Part shown: one piece after another, positions 22,299 through 32,570 of the stretch
How positions within the stretch are numbered: the first letter of the stretch is position 1
Layout of the letters: every line of letters starts with the position of its first letter
Translations under genes and position numbers: made by a program
Source of the DNA: an uncultured Nitrosomonas sp.
Lineage (GTDB): Bacteria; Pseudomonadota; Gammaproteobacteria; Burkholderiales; Nitrosomonadaceae
Reading direction: 5' to 3'
NCBI GenBank assembly: GCA_965369175.1
Contig: CBDUPR010000002.1
Location: forward strand, 60,012-124,011
Length of the DNA stretch: 64,000 nucleotides
The notes under the pieces: model-generated
Told to the model about the DNA's origin: nothing
The model's input: only the letters and a program-made list of their open reading frames with translations
Databases searched by the model: none

Positions 22299-23102
22299 TC
22301 AATTAATTGATAAACCAATTCTATTGAAATCATTAAAATTCCACCAAATCATAAATGCCCTTCCAACTATATTTTGTTCAGGAACAAATCCCCAATAACG
22401 ACTATCACTACTACTATCGCGATTGTCACCTAAAGTAAAATAATTACCAGGAGGCACCTCGCAAGTAAATCCCGCTCTATTGTAAGTGCAATGATCAAGA
22501 AATGGGAAATGACGTACACTGGATAACTGTAAACTGGGTACATCTTGATTGATCAGGATCGCATGACCTTGATCATCTAAAAACTCCTTAAAATGTTCAG
22601 CATATATATATCCAAGTCCAGATTCTATATATTTATATTCCCCTTCATAGTGCATTTTTACCATATCACCATTGACGGTTAATTGTTTATTATGATAGGT
22701 AACAGTATCACCGGGTATTCCAACTACTCGCTTGATATAATCTACTGATGGATCCTCTGGATAGCGAAACACCATGACCTCGCCACGCTTAGGCTGATTT
22801 ATATCCATTATTTTAAGATTGATGACTGGTAACCTAAGGCCATAGGTATACTTGTTAACCAATATAAAATCACCCACAAGTAATGTCGGGATCATTGATC
22901 CGGAAGGAATCTTAAATGGTTCGATGATAAAAGAACGTAGAGTAAATACGATTAATATGATAGGAAAAAAACTTTTGGGATACTCTATCCACAATGGTTC
23001 ATTTTGGTCTGGCGTACGTTTGTGACGTAGTATTAAGTAGTCAAGTAACCAAATACTGCCAGTAACAACCAACAAAATAAACATAACTAAAGGAAAATTC
23101 AT
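22299..23102 (-). CDS. lepB: signal peptidase I
   Basis: 267-aa ORF with catalytic Ser box PSGSMIPTL, the Lys box YIKRVVGIPGD and GDNRDSSSDSRYWGFV. Confidence 0.95.
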   Translation of the reverse strand: MNFPLVMFILLVVTGSIWLLDYLILRHKRTPDQNEPLWIEYPKSFFPIILIVFTLRSFIIEPFKIPSGSMIPTLLVGDFILVNKYTYGLRLPVINLKIMDINQPKRGEVMVFRYPEDPSVDYIKRVVGIPGDTVTYHNKQLTVNGDMVKMHYEGEYKYIESGLGYIYAEHFKEFLDDQGHAILINQDVPSLQLSSVRHFPFLDHCTYNRAGFTCEVPPGNYFTLGDNRDSSSDSRYWGFVPEQNIVGRAFMIWWNFNDFNRIGLSIN

Positions 23103-23206
23103 TTTATTTCTTTTCCTTTAGTTATTTGGGCAGATAGTAGCAGATATCTGAAAAAAGACTGTTCCTTTCTCCACCACGATTATGTGATATTTACTGTTAT
23201 TATGCA

Positions 23207-25000
23207 TTATTTATTTTCAACCTGTAGAATTGCTAAAAAGGCCTCCTGTGGAATCTCCACGTTACCAACCCGTTTCATTCTCTTTTTTCCTGCTTTTTGT
23301 TTTTCCAGTAGTTTACGTTTGCGACTAATGTCTCCACCATAACACTTAGCAAGTACATTCTTCCGCAATGCCTTAACGCTTTCTCTCGCAATAATATGGG
23401 CACCTATAGCTGCTTGTATAGCGATATCAAACATTTGACGTGGGATGAGCTCGCGCATTTTTTGTGCCAATTCACGTCCTCGCCGCTGACTACTGTTACG
23501 ATGTACTATCAATGAAAGTGCATCTACTTTTTCACTATTAATCAGTATATCGAGTTTAATCAGATCAGCAGTATGAAATTCTTTAAATTCATAATCCAGG
23601 GACGCGTATCCACGACTGGTAGATTTGAGTCTATCAAAAAAATCCATTACAACTTCGTTCAATGGTATTTCATAACTGAGCATAACCTGCCTGCCCATAT
23701 ACTGCATATTCTTTTGTATTCCACGTTTACTTACGCACAGTGTAATCACTGCACCCACGTATTCTTCCGGAACCAATATTGTCGCTGTAATAATGGGTTC
23801 GCGAATTTCTGAAATTAGAGCCAAATCGGGCATTTTCGATGGATTTTCAATTTCGATTATCGTACCATCACGCATCAGTATTTGGTAGACTACTGTGGGC
23901 GCAGTAGTAATAAGATCCATATCATATTCTCGTTCCAAGCGCTCTTGTACGATATCCATATGCAACAGACCGAGAAAACCACAACGAAAACCAAAGCCCA
24001 GTGCATGGGATGTTTCAGGTTCGTATTGTAATGATGAATCATTTAGCTTTAGTTTCTCTAATGCAGCACGTAATGCATCATATTGATTGGATTCTACAGG
24101 GTAAAGTCCAGCAAAAACCTGTGGTTTAATTTCTTTGAAGCCAACTAAAGACTCACTTGCAGGGTAATTTGCTTGTGTTACCGTGTCCCCTACTTTAGCT
24201 GCATTTAATTCTTTTATACCAGAAATAATAAAACCCACTTCGCCAGCGCTGAGTGATTCCCGACTTACCGGTTTAGGCATGAACACGCCTACTTGTTCAC
24301 ATAGTTGCACGGCATGGCTAGCCATCAGCAAGATCTTATCCCCAGGTTTGAGTGTGCCGTCTATAACCCGTACCAGCATGACGACGCCTACATAATTATC
24401 AAACCATGAATCGATAATTAAAGCCTTTAGTGGCGCAGCAAGATCCCCTCTGGGAGCAGGAATCCTTGAGACTATCGCTTCTAAAACCTCCTGTATGCCC
24501 TCACCCGTTTTGGCACTGATGCGTAACGCATCTTGGGCATCGATTCCAATTACATCCTCAATGTTCTCAATAACGCGTTCAGGTTCGGCCGCAGGTAAAT
24601 CAATTTTATTCAATACGGGAACGACCTCTACACCCTGCTCAATGGCCGTATAGCAATTGGCAACCGTTTGAGCTTCTACACCTTGGGATGCATCTACTAC
24701 GAGCAAAGCACCTTCACACGCGGCGAGTGAACGGGAAACTTCATAAGAAAAATCTACATGCCCTGGCGTGTCGATTAAGTTTAATAAATAGGTTTCGCCA
24801 TTTTTTGATGTAAAGCTCAAAGCGACGGTTTGGGCTTTGATAGTGATGCCTCTTTCACGCTCCAGATCCATTGAATCAAGAACTTGCTCTGCCATCTCTC
24901 GATCAGATAATCCGCCACATTGTTGGATAATACGGTCAGCTAATGTAGATTTGCCATGATCAATGTGGGCAATAATAGAGAAATTTCGGATATGTTGCAT
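23207..25000 (-). CDS. lepA: translation elongation factor 4 (LepA)
   Basis: 597-aa ORF starting [20 protein letters not shown], with [13 protein letters not shown] and the LepA-specific C-terminal domain. Confidence 0.97.
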   Translation of the reverse strand: MQHIRNFSIIAHIDHGKSTLADRIIQQCGGLSDREMAEQVLDSMDLERERGITIKAQTVALSFTSKNGETYLLNLIDTPGHVDFSYEVSRSLAACEGALLVVDASQGVEAQTVANCYTAIEQGVEVVPVLNKIDLPAAEPERVIENIEDVIGIDAQDALRISAKTGEGIQEVLEAIVSRIPAPRGDLAAPLKALIIDSWFDNYVGVVMLVRVIDGTLKPGDKILLMASHAVQLCEQVGVFMPKPVSRESLSAGEVGFIISGIKELNAAKVGDTVTQANYPASESLVGFKEIKPQVFAGLYPVESNQYDALRAALEKLKLNDSSLQYEPETSHALGFGFRCGFLGLLHMDIVQERLEREYDMDLITTAPTVVYQILMRDGTIIEIENPSKMPDLALISEIREPIITATILVPEEYVGAVITLCVSKRGIQKNMQYMGRQVMLSYEIPLNEVVMDFFDRLKSTSRGYASLDYEFKEFHTADLIKLDILINSEKVDALSLIVHRNSSQRRGRELAQKMRELIPRQMFDIAIQAAIGAHIIARESVKALRKNVLAKCYGGDISRKRKLLEKQKAGKKRMKRVGNVEIPQEAFLAILQVENK

Positions 25001-25107
25001 CAGGATTTGGGACCCAATAAGATTGTAGTTACGGGTGATATGGAAGTTTTAGAGCAATCCGATTTGGTATTGTTTTTCTGATCGGATTACTCTAAACGGA
25101 TGGTATT

Positions 25108-25377
25108 TTAACGAACTTTAGTAAAATAAGCATCCAAGGCAGCTATATCAAGGTGATAATGACAAATTTCTTCTTTGTCCGAGAATGTTACTAATACGGG
25201 TACTTTATCACCATAAAGTACAATTAGTTCTGGATGATGATCTATATCGATGATCTGAAAACGAAACAATACTTGCTCCTGTAATTTACTTAGGGCAACT
25301 ATCATTTCCTGACAAAGATGACATTCTTTGCGACCGTATACTATAAAAGTTACAGGTATATCCGATTTACTCATCAT
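25108..25377 (-). CDS. glutaredoxin-like (thioredoxin-fold, CxxC) small protein
   Basis: Short ORF with a CHLC motif in a thioredoxin-like context (FIVYGRKECHLCQEM). The start is ambiguous among Met codons at 25398, 25377 and 25374. Confidence 0.55.
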   Translation of the reverse strand: MMSKSDIPVTFIVYGRKECHLCQEMIVALSKLQEQVLFRFQIIDIDHHPELIVLYGDKVPVLVTFSDKEEICHYHLDIAALDAYFTKVR

Positions 25378-26788
25378 GAGCTGGTTTCTTATCATCAAGT
25401 TTCATAGTTATAAAAGTCGTCATATCACCACGTCGTATCAATAAGGCAATATTACGTCCTTTTTCAACCTTGTTGAGCAAACGATTAAACTGCTTAATAC
25501 TGCTTATATCCTGATTATTGAGTCCAAGAATGATGTCGCCTGCATGTATGCCTGCGCGACTGGCAGTACCAGGCCGTATATCTTCAACCAGCAAGCCACT
25601 ATTAATCTCTAACTGTTTTTTCTGGTTGGCTGTCAATTCGCTCAATGCAAGCCCCAGATTATTTGAAGTATTCGCTTGCTTGCTTTGTTTTGACTGATTG
25701 TTATCTGCACGTTCATCAGATAAGATTTCTTCCACTTCTATCATAATATTTTTGGTTGCCCCATCTCGCCATATCTGCATAGATATTTCCGAGCCTGGTT
25801 TCGTGTTACCGACGATGCGAGGCAAATCTGCGGATGTAGCAACATCTTTACCATCAAACTTCAATATGATATCCCTTACTTCTATGCCGGCTTTGTCAGC
25901 AGGGCTATCTTTTTGAATGGAAACGACTAATGCACCATTAATATTCAAGAGTCCAAAGGATTCGGCTAATTCTTTAGTTACTTCTTGTATCATTACGCCA
26001 ATTCTACCCCGGCTTACCTTGCCATTAGTTTTTAATTGATCGGCGATATTGGTGGCTACATTAATTGGAATGGCGAACGATAATCCCATAAACCCACCGG
26101 TACGACTATATATTTGTGAATTAATCCCTACTACTTCTCCCATCATATTAAATAATGGTCCTCCGGAATTGCCCGGGTTAATCGCAACATCAGTTTGAAT
26201 AAAAGGTACAAAGTTTTCCTGCGCGAGTGAGCGTCCCTTTGCGCTGACAATGCCGGCTGTTACACTATTTTCAAATCCGAATGGCGAGCCGATTGCCACC
26301 ACCCATTCTCCAACTTTGAGAAGTTCTGGATTACCTTGTGTTACCTTTGGCAAATTATTGGCTTCAATTTTAATCAGCGCAATATCCGTTTTACGATCGC
26401 TGCCGATTATCTTCGCGCTAAACTCACGCTTATCGTTAAGTTTGACATTAACTTCATCAGCAGATTCGACCACATGTGCATTGGTTAAGATATAACCGTC
26501 TGTGCTGATAATAAAGCCAGAGCCCATGGATCGAGGCTCGGTTTTTTTCGGCATGGCAAACGGTTGCATATGACGCCGGAAGAATTCATGAAATGGTGAA
26601 TTCTCTGGAATATTCGGCAGCTCTGGGAAAATGGAGTTGCTCGCGATGTGCTGTGTTTGAGTGGTACTGATATTTACAACTGCGGCACCATACTTTTCAA
26701 CAAGCCCGGTGAAGTCAGGTAAATCTTTAGTTTTAGAAAAAACAGCGGGTGAAATTATAAGCAATAGCAATAAAACAAATTTATGCAT
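25367..26788 (-). CDS. mucD: periplasmic serine endoprotease, DegP/MucD family
   Basis: Trypsin-like domain (TNAHVV, D, GNSGGPL) plus two PDZ domains. The Met at 26788 gives a signal peptide (MHKFVLLLLLIISPAVFS) and follows AAGGATAG. The upstream track start at 26887 is unlikely. Confidence 0.9.
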   Translation of the reverse strand: MHKFVLLLLLIISPAVFSKTKDLPDFTGLVEKYGAAVVNISTTQTQHIASNSIFPELPNIPENSPFHEFFRRHMQPFAMPKKTEPRSMGSGFIISTDGYILTNAHVVESADEVNVKLNDKREFSAKIIGSDRKTDIALIKIEANNLPKVTQGNPELLKVGEWVVAIGSPFGFENSVTAGIVSAKGRSLAQENFVPFIQTDVAINPGNSGGPLFNMMGEVVGINSQIYSRTGGFMGLSFAIPINVATNIADQLKTNGKVSRGRIGVMIQEVTKELAESFGLLNINGALVVSIQKDSPADKAGIEVRDIILKFDGKDVATSADLPRIVGNTKPGSEISMQIWRDGATKNIMIEVEEILSDERADNNQSKQSKQANTSNNLGLALSELTANQKKQLEINSGLLVEDIRPGTASRAGIHAGDIILGLNNQDISSIKQFNRLLNKVEKGRNIALLIRRGDMTTFITMKLDDKKPAHDE

Positions 26789-26890
26789 TCTTTCTATCCT
26801 TGGTATAAACCCGTCTTGTAGTGGATAATGAACCATTATAAGACCGGTTTTTTTATAAATAAATTTCATATTCAGAAACAATAACATGTA

Positions 26891-27919
26891 TTAATATTGA
26901 ATACTTTCCATCTGGTGATTTAAGCTTTTTATGGGAAGATTGATCGCTTGTTTAACTACTGAGTCTCCAATCTTCTTTACTGTCTCCAGTGGCACTTCTC
27001 CGACTGTTGTGATCTTATTGTCAGCAAATATTCGAACATAGATATTAATGGCACCCCGGCTTGAATAAAATCCTGGGATAGGTGAAGATATTTTTCCTGA
27101 AATTGGCTCAATAAACACAGAGACTGTCGCAAGACCATCTGATAATGCAATATGATTGACAGGTGTGGGTTTACCAGAAATATTTCTTTTCATCTCAATG
27201 ATCTTTTTGAATCCTGCGGGAGGGTCTCTCACCTGCCATTCAAGTTCATTATCTTCTAAAACGGAAGCCATTAAATTGGTAGTATGCCATTCTGATGCAA
27301 TAATCGACTGATTGGGTTCTAATAGCTCAGTATTGACAATGTTGCCCACGTCTAGTTGGGCAAATGCAAATTGTTCAATGACATGATCAGCATCTACTAC
27401 GGCAGCTTTGAGTACTAAACCGGTCTCAACATCCACCCAGAACTTGTGACCATAACGCAGATTATCTCGTGGTTCTAATAAAATAACCTGGCATTCATAA
27501 CCGGTAACTCGCTCTCGCTCACCTTTACTTACATAATAGTTGTCATTAAGACTGCCATAGGATTGAGGTAATAAATCAGGAAAAAATTTACGTAACCAGC
27601 GTTTCTCCGTTACAATTCGTTTACTTTCAGGTAAGTAGCATTTCATTTCGTCATTGTTGCGAAAAACGATACGTGGTAAACCATCCAATACTTCTATTTT
27701 TTCTCGTTCTCCATGCTGATCAATTATATGTGCTATTCGAGACGTTTCCATATGCCCATCAGCATAATAGACGAATGTTCCAATGAAATTATGCTGGCGT
27801 GGCGCGATAGAAATCTTTTTTAGCCAATTGAGTGCTTCTTTAGAGGAATCTGGTAGTTTCTGTGCGAAAGAGGTTTGAACAATACCTGATAATAACAACA
27901 GTAGAATAATTCTAGCCAT
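26891..27919 (-). CDS. rseB: sigma-E regulatory protein RseB/MucB
   Basis: 342-aa secreted protein positioned directly after the anti-sigma gene. Size, signal peptide and position match MucB/RseB. Confidence 0.8.
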   Translation of the reverse strand: MARIILLLLLSGIVQTSFAQKLPDSSKEALNWLKKISIAPRQHNFIGTFVYYADGHMETSRIAHIIDQHGEREKIEVLDGLPRIVFRNNDEMKCYLPESKRIVTEKRWLRKFFPDLLPQSYGSLNDNYYVSKGERERVTGYECQVILLEPRDNLRYGHKFWVDVETGLVLKAAVVDADHVIEQFAFAQLDVGNIVNTELLEPNQSIIASEWHTTNLMASVLEDNELEWQVRDPPAGFKKIIEMKRNISGKPTPVNHIALSDGLATVSVFIEPISGKISSPIPGFYSSRGAINIYVRIFADNKITTVGEVPLETVKKIGDSVVKQAINLPIKSLNHQMESIQY

Positions 27920-27924
27920 CTACC

Positions 27925-28458
27925 TTATCTTTCTCGTGAATCAGTAACAGGATGAGTATGAGTTGTTAAGCCGTGCGTAACTGTACCAGAAGAGAACTCC
28001 CGGTGTGCGAATAGATAATCATGAATTTCTGCAGGAACAGGCGGATAGGTAAGAATAGATGATGGTGTGGAAACTAAAATGGGTGTAATGGGCCTGCTTT
28101 TTTCTATATTCGATGTATCAGCGACAATCGTTTCTTCTGGCTGATATAAAGTTTGCAAAGTTAACCAGCCTGCCACCATCGCAACTACCGAAGCCGCTAC
28201 CGAATAGGCAAAAACCCTATGCTTCTGTCGCCTGGATGGATAAGGTGCTACTATGGCTGGCTCAGTTGTCAGTTCCATACTGACGCGTTGTGAAATGTCT
28301 ATGGATAGTTTGGTTGACTGACGCAGCGTATCACCAATCAAATGATAAGTTTTCCAATTATTAATCAGATCATTCTGATTCCCCAATTCTGCTATTACAT
28401 CTGTTGCATCTTGCGCGTCTAATTCACCATCTACCAAAGCCGATACTTTATTTCTCAC
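27925..28458 (-). CDS. rseA: anti-sigma-E factor RseA/MucA
   Basis: 177-aa ORF. The N-terminus MRNKVSALVDGELD ... WKTYHLIGDTLRQ is the RseA_N motif. It has a central TM segment and sits immediately after rpoE. Confidence 0.8.
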   Translation of the reverse strand: MRNKVSALVDGELDAQDATDVIAELGNQNDLINNWKTYHLIGDTLRQSTKLSIDISQRVSMELTTEPAIVAPYPSRRQKHRVFAYSVAASVVAMVAGWLTLQTLYQPEETIVADTSNIEKSRPITPILVSTPSSILTYPPVPAEIHDYLFAHREFSSGTVTHGLTTHTHPVTDSRER

Positions 28459-28459
28459 G

Positions 28460-29062
28460 TTACCACCTCTTATCTTTACTGGTCCCTAATAAAGGACGTA
28501 ACTTTTCAGATATTGCCTCACGAGCACGAAATATACGCGAACGTACTGTACCAATGGGACAACTCATGATGTTTGAAATTTCATCGTAACTTAGCCCCTC
28601 AATTTCTCTTAGGGTAATTGCAATTCGTAATTCTTCAGGCAATTCATTTAGTGTCTGGTTAACTGTTTGAGCAACCTGCTGACTCATCAGTTCACTTTCG
28701 GGTGTATTCATTTCTCTTAGTTTGCCGCCTTCATCAAAATTTTCGGCATCTTCATTATCAATTCCATGTATTGTAGTTGGCGCTCGCCGTCCCTGAGAAA
28801 CCAGAAAATTTTTCGCAGTATTGATACCGATTCGATATAACCAAGTATAAAACGCACTTTCACCGCGGAACGATGGCAACGCCCTATAGGCTTTAATAAA
28901 AGCTTCTTGGGTGACATCCTCAACCTCAGCAGAATCACGAATGAATTGTGACAACAAACGGGCTAATTTCCGCTGATATTTAATCACAAGTAGATTAAAT
29001 GCCTGCTTGTCTCCGCGTTGCACACGTTCCACGAGTTGCTGATCGATTTCCCGATCACCCAT
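28460..29062 (-). CDS. rpoE: ECF RNA polymerase sigma factor RpoE/AlgU
   Basis: 200-aa ORF with region 2 (FIKAYRALPSFRGESAFYTWLYRIGINTAKN) and region 4 (EGLSYDEISNIMSCPIGTVRSRIFRAREA), closely RpoE-like. Confidence 0.95.
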   Translation of the reverse strand: MGDREIDQQLVERVQRGDKQAFNLLVIKYQRKLARLLSQFIRDSAEVEDVTQEAFIKAYRALPSFRGESAFYTWLYRIGINTAKNFLVSQGRRAPTTIHGIDNEDAENFDEGGKLREMNTPESELMSQQVAQTVNQTLNELPEELRIAITLREIEGLSYDEISNIMSCPIGTVRSRIFRAREAISEKLRPLLGTSKDKRW

Positions 29063-29337
29063 AATTTCCTGTTTCCTGAATTTTTAAATTAATTGTATCT
29101 CTATTGTACAACTTGTAAGTGTTATATTACGACACAATAAACCAAGTATACTTATTCAAGAGTCTTTCGGGAACTATGAGTAATCAATGATAAAGACAAT
29201 TATTTGTTTTCATTGGTTCACTGATTTATGACTTTTGTTATTAAATAAAAGAGATTTGATATATGAGTGGATTCATGAAGTTTTCTGAATCTGTTATGAT
29301 TTAATGTTCTCAATATGTGGAAACAATTCCAGCCAGG

Positions 29338-30927
29338 ATGCAACATTTCTATTTTGATACACTAATTATTGGTAGTGGCTTAGCTGGGTTTACGCTTGCA
29401 CTGCACCTGGCACCGCACAAGAAAATTGGGTTGATTACTAAACAAACCTTATATGATAGTGCCAGTGGGTGGGCTCAGGGTGGTATTGCAGCAGCGTTAT
29501 CAAGAGAAGACTCACCTACTAAGCATATCCATGACACATTGATAGCCGGTGCGGGTTTGTGCGACGAAACGATTACTCGGTATGTGGCCGAGAATGCGCC
29601 GCAAGCAATACAATGGTTGATTGATCAAGGGGTGTCTTTTACTCGAGACCAAAGCAGTGAAACAGGCTACCACCTTACACGGGAAGGCGGGCATAGTGTA
29701 CGGCGAGTCATTCATAATGGGGATGCAACAGGGAAAGCGATACAGCAAACTTTGATTGAAAATATTGCTGCTCATCCTAACATCACTGTATTTGAACAGC
29801 ATATTGCCATTGACCTTATCACGAGCGATAAACTGCCAGATCATCATAATACAAAGCATAAGTGTTGTCTTGGTGCCTATATCTTGGATAAGAAAGATGG
29901 TAAGGTTCACACGTTTACCGCGCACAATACAGTATTAGCGACAGGTGGTGCTAATAAAGTTTATCTTTACACTACTAGTCCTGATACTGCTACAGGTGGC
30001 GGTATCGCTATGGGATGGCGGGCTGGTTGTCGAGTCGCTAATATGGAATTTATTCAGTTTCATCCTACTTGTCTTTATCACCCTCATGCAAAGTCATTTC
30101 TGATCAGCGAGGCGGTTCGCGGTGAGGGTGGACTTTTAAAGCTCCCCAATGGGGAGTGCTTTATGTCCTGGCATGATAAACGTGCTGAACTGGCACCGCG
30201 TGATGTTGTGGCGCGGGCTATCGATTTTGAAATGAAAAAGAGAGGTCTTGATTGTGTTTATTTGGATATCTCGCATAAGCCGGCCGATTTCCTAATCAAA
30301 CATTTTCCCACTATATATTCTCAATGCCTGAAATTTGGTATAGATATCACTCGAGAACCTATTCCAGTTGTTCCCGCTGCACATTATACTTGTGGGGGTA
30401 TTGTTACAAATCAAAATGGCAAAACTGATTTGGATAATCTTTATGCAATTGGAGAGACTGCACATACGGGTTTGCATGGTGCTAACCGACTAGCCAGTAA
30501 TTCTTTACTTGAGTGTCTGGTGTTTGCACAGGCAGCTAGTAAAGATATCCTTAGCCAGCTTCCTATCCCTGCTATTCAGTTGCCGAAATGGGATGAGAGC
30601 CGTGTTACTGATGCCGATGAGGAAATTGTTATTTCACATAATTGGGATGAGTTACGCCATTTTATGTGGAGTTACGTGGGTATCGTACGGACTACAAAAC
30701 GCCTGCAGCGCGCACAACATAGAATTAAATTATTACATGAAGAAATTAACGAATATTATGCTAATTTTCGCGTAACTAGTGACTTGTTGGAATTACGTAA
30801 TCTAGTGGATACAGCGGATTTAATTATTCAAAGCGCCATGCTGCGCCATGAAAGCCGTGGATTGCATTTCAGCAAAGATTATCCGCATACTTTACCTTAT
30901 GCAAAGAATACAATTTTGAAGAAATAA
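29338..30927 (+). CDS. nadB: L-aspartate oxidase
   Basis: FAD motif IIGSGLAG, RxxHxGDATG and the C-terminal ESRGLHF motif. It is divergent from rpoE as in E. coli. The start is ATG 29338, or GTG 29317 as in the track. Confidence 0.95.
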   Translation: MQHFYFDTLIIGSGLAGFTLALHLAPHKKIGLITKQTLYDSASGWAQGGIAAALSREDSPTKHIHDTLIAGAGLCDETITRYVAENAPQAIQWLIDQGVSFTRDQSSETGYHLTREGGHSVRRVIHNGDATGKAIQQTLIENIAAHPNITVFEQHIAIDLITSDKLPDHHNTKHKCCLGAYILDKKDGKVHTFTAHNTVLATGGANKVYLYTTSPDTATGGGIAMGWRAGCRVANMEFIQFHPTCLYHPHAKSFLISEAVRGEGGLLKLPNGECFMSWHDKRAELAPRDVVARAIDFEMKKRGLDCVYLDISHKPADFLIKHFPTIYSQCLKFGIDITREPIPVVPAAHYTCGGIVTNQNGKTDLDNLYAIGETAHTGLHGANRLASNSLLECLVFAQAASKDILSQLPIPAIQLPKWDESRVTDADEEIVISHNWDELRHFMWSYVGIVRTTKRLQRAQHRIKLLHEEINEYYANFRVTSDLLELRNLVDTADLIIQSAMLRHESRGLHFSKDYPHTLPYAKNTILKK

Positions 30928-31184
30928 TTTTCCGAAATAGAAGCAGTTTAAATACTCATATAGCTCGAATTTAGATCGTTCATATTCATTTGGGGATTCT
31001 GAAAAACCAAGGTAGGGTTAAACATAAAAAATAATGTTTTTATCGATCTTAAGTTGGTTTAAGCGTATCTCTACTCATCAGAATATTTTATGCCAATAAA
31101 ATTTTGTTTTTCGATATTCTTAAATATTTGACATGAGTTTGAATGATAAAATTTTTAATTAACTATATGAGATTTTTGTAAAAT

Positions 31185-31258
31185 CCCTCGCTAGAAGTTT
31201 TCGACTATTTTGATTATAAAGGATTAGTTTTTCAATTATTGGGGTTTTGCAAAGGCCT
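31185..31258 (+). repeat. copy A of a roughly 70-nt intergenic element (partner at 37833..37903)
   Basis: Direct comparison with copy B shows shared blocks CCCTCGC, TTGATTATAAA and TATTGGGGTTTTGCAAAGG in the same order and orientation. It lies inside a 638-bp ORF-free gap. Confidence 0.85.
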
Positions 31259-31365
31259 CTATATATTACCAATTGATTGATGAACAAAATATTTTCAAGC
31301 GGGTTCTATGGATAGATACTAGAGCGACACGCGTAGAGTAAACTGATTTAAACGAGCGGCGGGAT

Positions 31366-31381
31366 AGGCAAAATAATTGCT
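31366..31381 (+). promoter_or_regulatory. sigma-54-type promoter candidate (AGGCAAA-ATAA-TTGCT)
   Basis: GG and GC dinucleotides are at the canonical 10-nt separation. The -24 GGCA and -12 TTGCT match the TGGCACG-N4-TTGCW consensus. It sits 185 nt upstream of the 31566 ORF. A hit of this strength is expected about once by chance in a window this size. Confidence 0.25.
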
Positions 31382-31565
31382 AATACGAGAAATTGAATTT
31401 TACTTAATCAGGTTGGGCCTATTTAATTGTATTGATATGCCGTCAAGCTTTCTTCCTGCTTTAACAGGAAGAATATTCTGGCCGGGAACTTGTTTTTTAA
31501 TTATAGGAGATAACTGATTGTAATGTAATCAGGTTCTCTATTCTAAAATTTAACAGGGGTAATAG

Positions 31566-31934
31566 TTGAAGTTACATCTTTCTGAATTTTCAGATACGAA
31601 TATATTTTCTGGGTATGGCGAAGGATATGTCATGGTTAACCAGGTACGCTATGAACATAGCCTGATTGTTTTTCCTGATAAAGTGATTGAAAATTGGCCG
31701 GTCAAAGCATTGGAGCAGCTAGAATTAGAGCACTTTGAATACATATTGCCTTTTCGACCTGAGATTGTACTGCTTGGTACCGGTAGCAACCTTAATTTTC
31801 CTCAGCACTCTTTAATAAATCATTTGGTCAAATCCGGGATTGGCATTGAAGTAATGGATACCAAGGCTACTTGCCGTACTTATAACATATTGATAGAGGA
31901 AGGGCGCCGCGTTGCTGCTGCTTTATTAATTTAG
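31566..31934 (+). CDS. Mth938/DUF498-domain protein
   Basis: 122-aa ORF with a TTG start. The motif LLGTGSNLNFP ... GIGIEVMDTKATCRTYNILIEEGRRVAAALLI is characteristic of the DUF498 (NDUFAF3-like) family. Confidence 0.7.
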   Translation: MKLHLSEFSDTNIFSGYGEGYVMVNQVRYEHSLIVFPDKVIENWPVKALEQLELEHFEYILPFRPEIVLLGTGSNLNFPQHSLINHLVKSGIGIEVMDTKATCRTYNILIEEGRRVAAALLI

Positions 31935-32102
31935 GATTCATCTAGCTGTGTATTCAGCCAGATAACTGACTTATTAATAAAATTAATAAAGAGGCTTGGT
32001 TTGCTATAATCAATCAGTTAAATATAAAAATTTACTAAACGAGCAAGCGGCTCACAACGGTTAATGAATCTAAGATGAAAGTCAGCAGAGTTTCGTGGCT
32101 GC

Positions 32103-32570
32103 TCAGTATGGAATGCTTAGTCCGAATGTCTGTCCCTGGGGTCCATATAACGCAATGTTACCCGCAGCACTTTGTAATGCAGAAAGTGCTCGTTGAATAT
32201 ATTGTAATCGTGTTGAAATGAGTATTCCATTGGTTTTATTTAGTTGTTGAGCATCTTGTGCTAATTGCAGTAATTCGGTCCAGACGGTATTTATGTTTTT
32301 GCCTGGTTTTTGTGTTGCTAACCATGCATTCATGCCTCGATTGTCAGGTGAAAACCCTTGAGAGACTAAATATTGACATCGTTTCTCATCAAAACGAATC
32401 AATATTTTTATTATATGAGCTTTATTTAATGTAAGGGAATCCATATCTTCGGTTTTTTCTTGAACTAAAGTAGTTTGTTCTTTTTGAAGGATTTTAATAA
32501 ATACCCTGAAGGCATCGTGTTCATTCTTCAGAGTGGTAATAAAATCGGTCAGATGCCACATTTGATGCAT
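32103..32570 (-). CDS. flgN: flagellar export chaperone FlgN
   Basis: 155-aa helical ORF immediately after flgM, with a TAATG stop/start overlap. Size and composition are typical of the FlgN family. Confidence 0.8.
   Translation of the reverse strand: MHQMWHLTDFITTLKNEHDAFRVFIKILQKEQTTLVQEKTEDMDSLTLNKAHIIKILIRFDEKRCQYLVSQGFSPDNRGMNAWLATQKPGKNINTVWTELLQLAQDAQQLNKTNGILISTRLQYIQRALSALQSAAGNIALYGPQGQTFGLSIPY

Noticed and set aside
29192-29219. GAACCA-N17-TCTTT on the minus strand upstream of rpoE, considered as an autoregulated sigma-E promoter
   Set aside because: It matches only partially the GAACTT-N16/17-TCTGA or TCAAA consensus. That is too weak to annotate without TSS data.
30992-31000. 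GGGGATTCT, superficially like a tmRNA 5' end
   Set aside because: There is no continuation of tmRNA conserved sequence, no tRNA-like 3' end, and the surrounding region is AT-rich.
31441-31500. Hairpin CTTCCTG-ctttaa-CAGGAAG plus a downstream T6 run, considered as an intrinsic terminator
   Set aside because: The T-run lies about 20 nt beyond the stem with no intervening structure, so it does not meet terminator geometry. It is mentioned only as context for the sigma-54 candidate.
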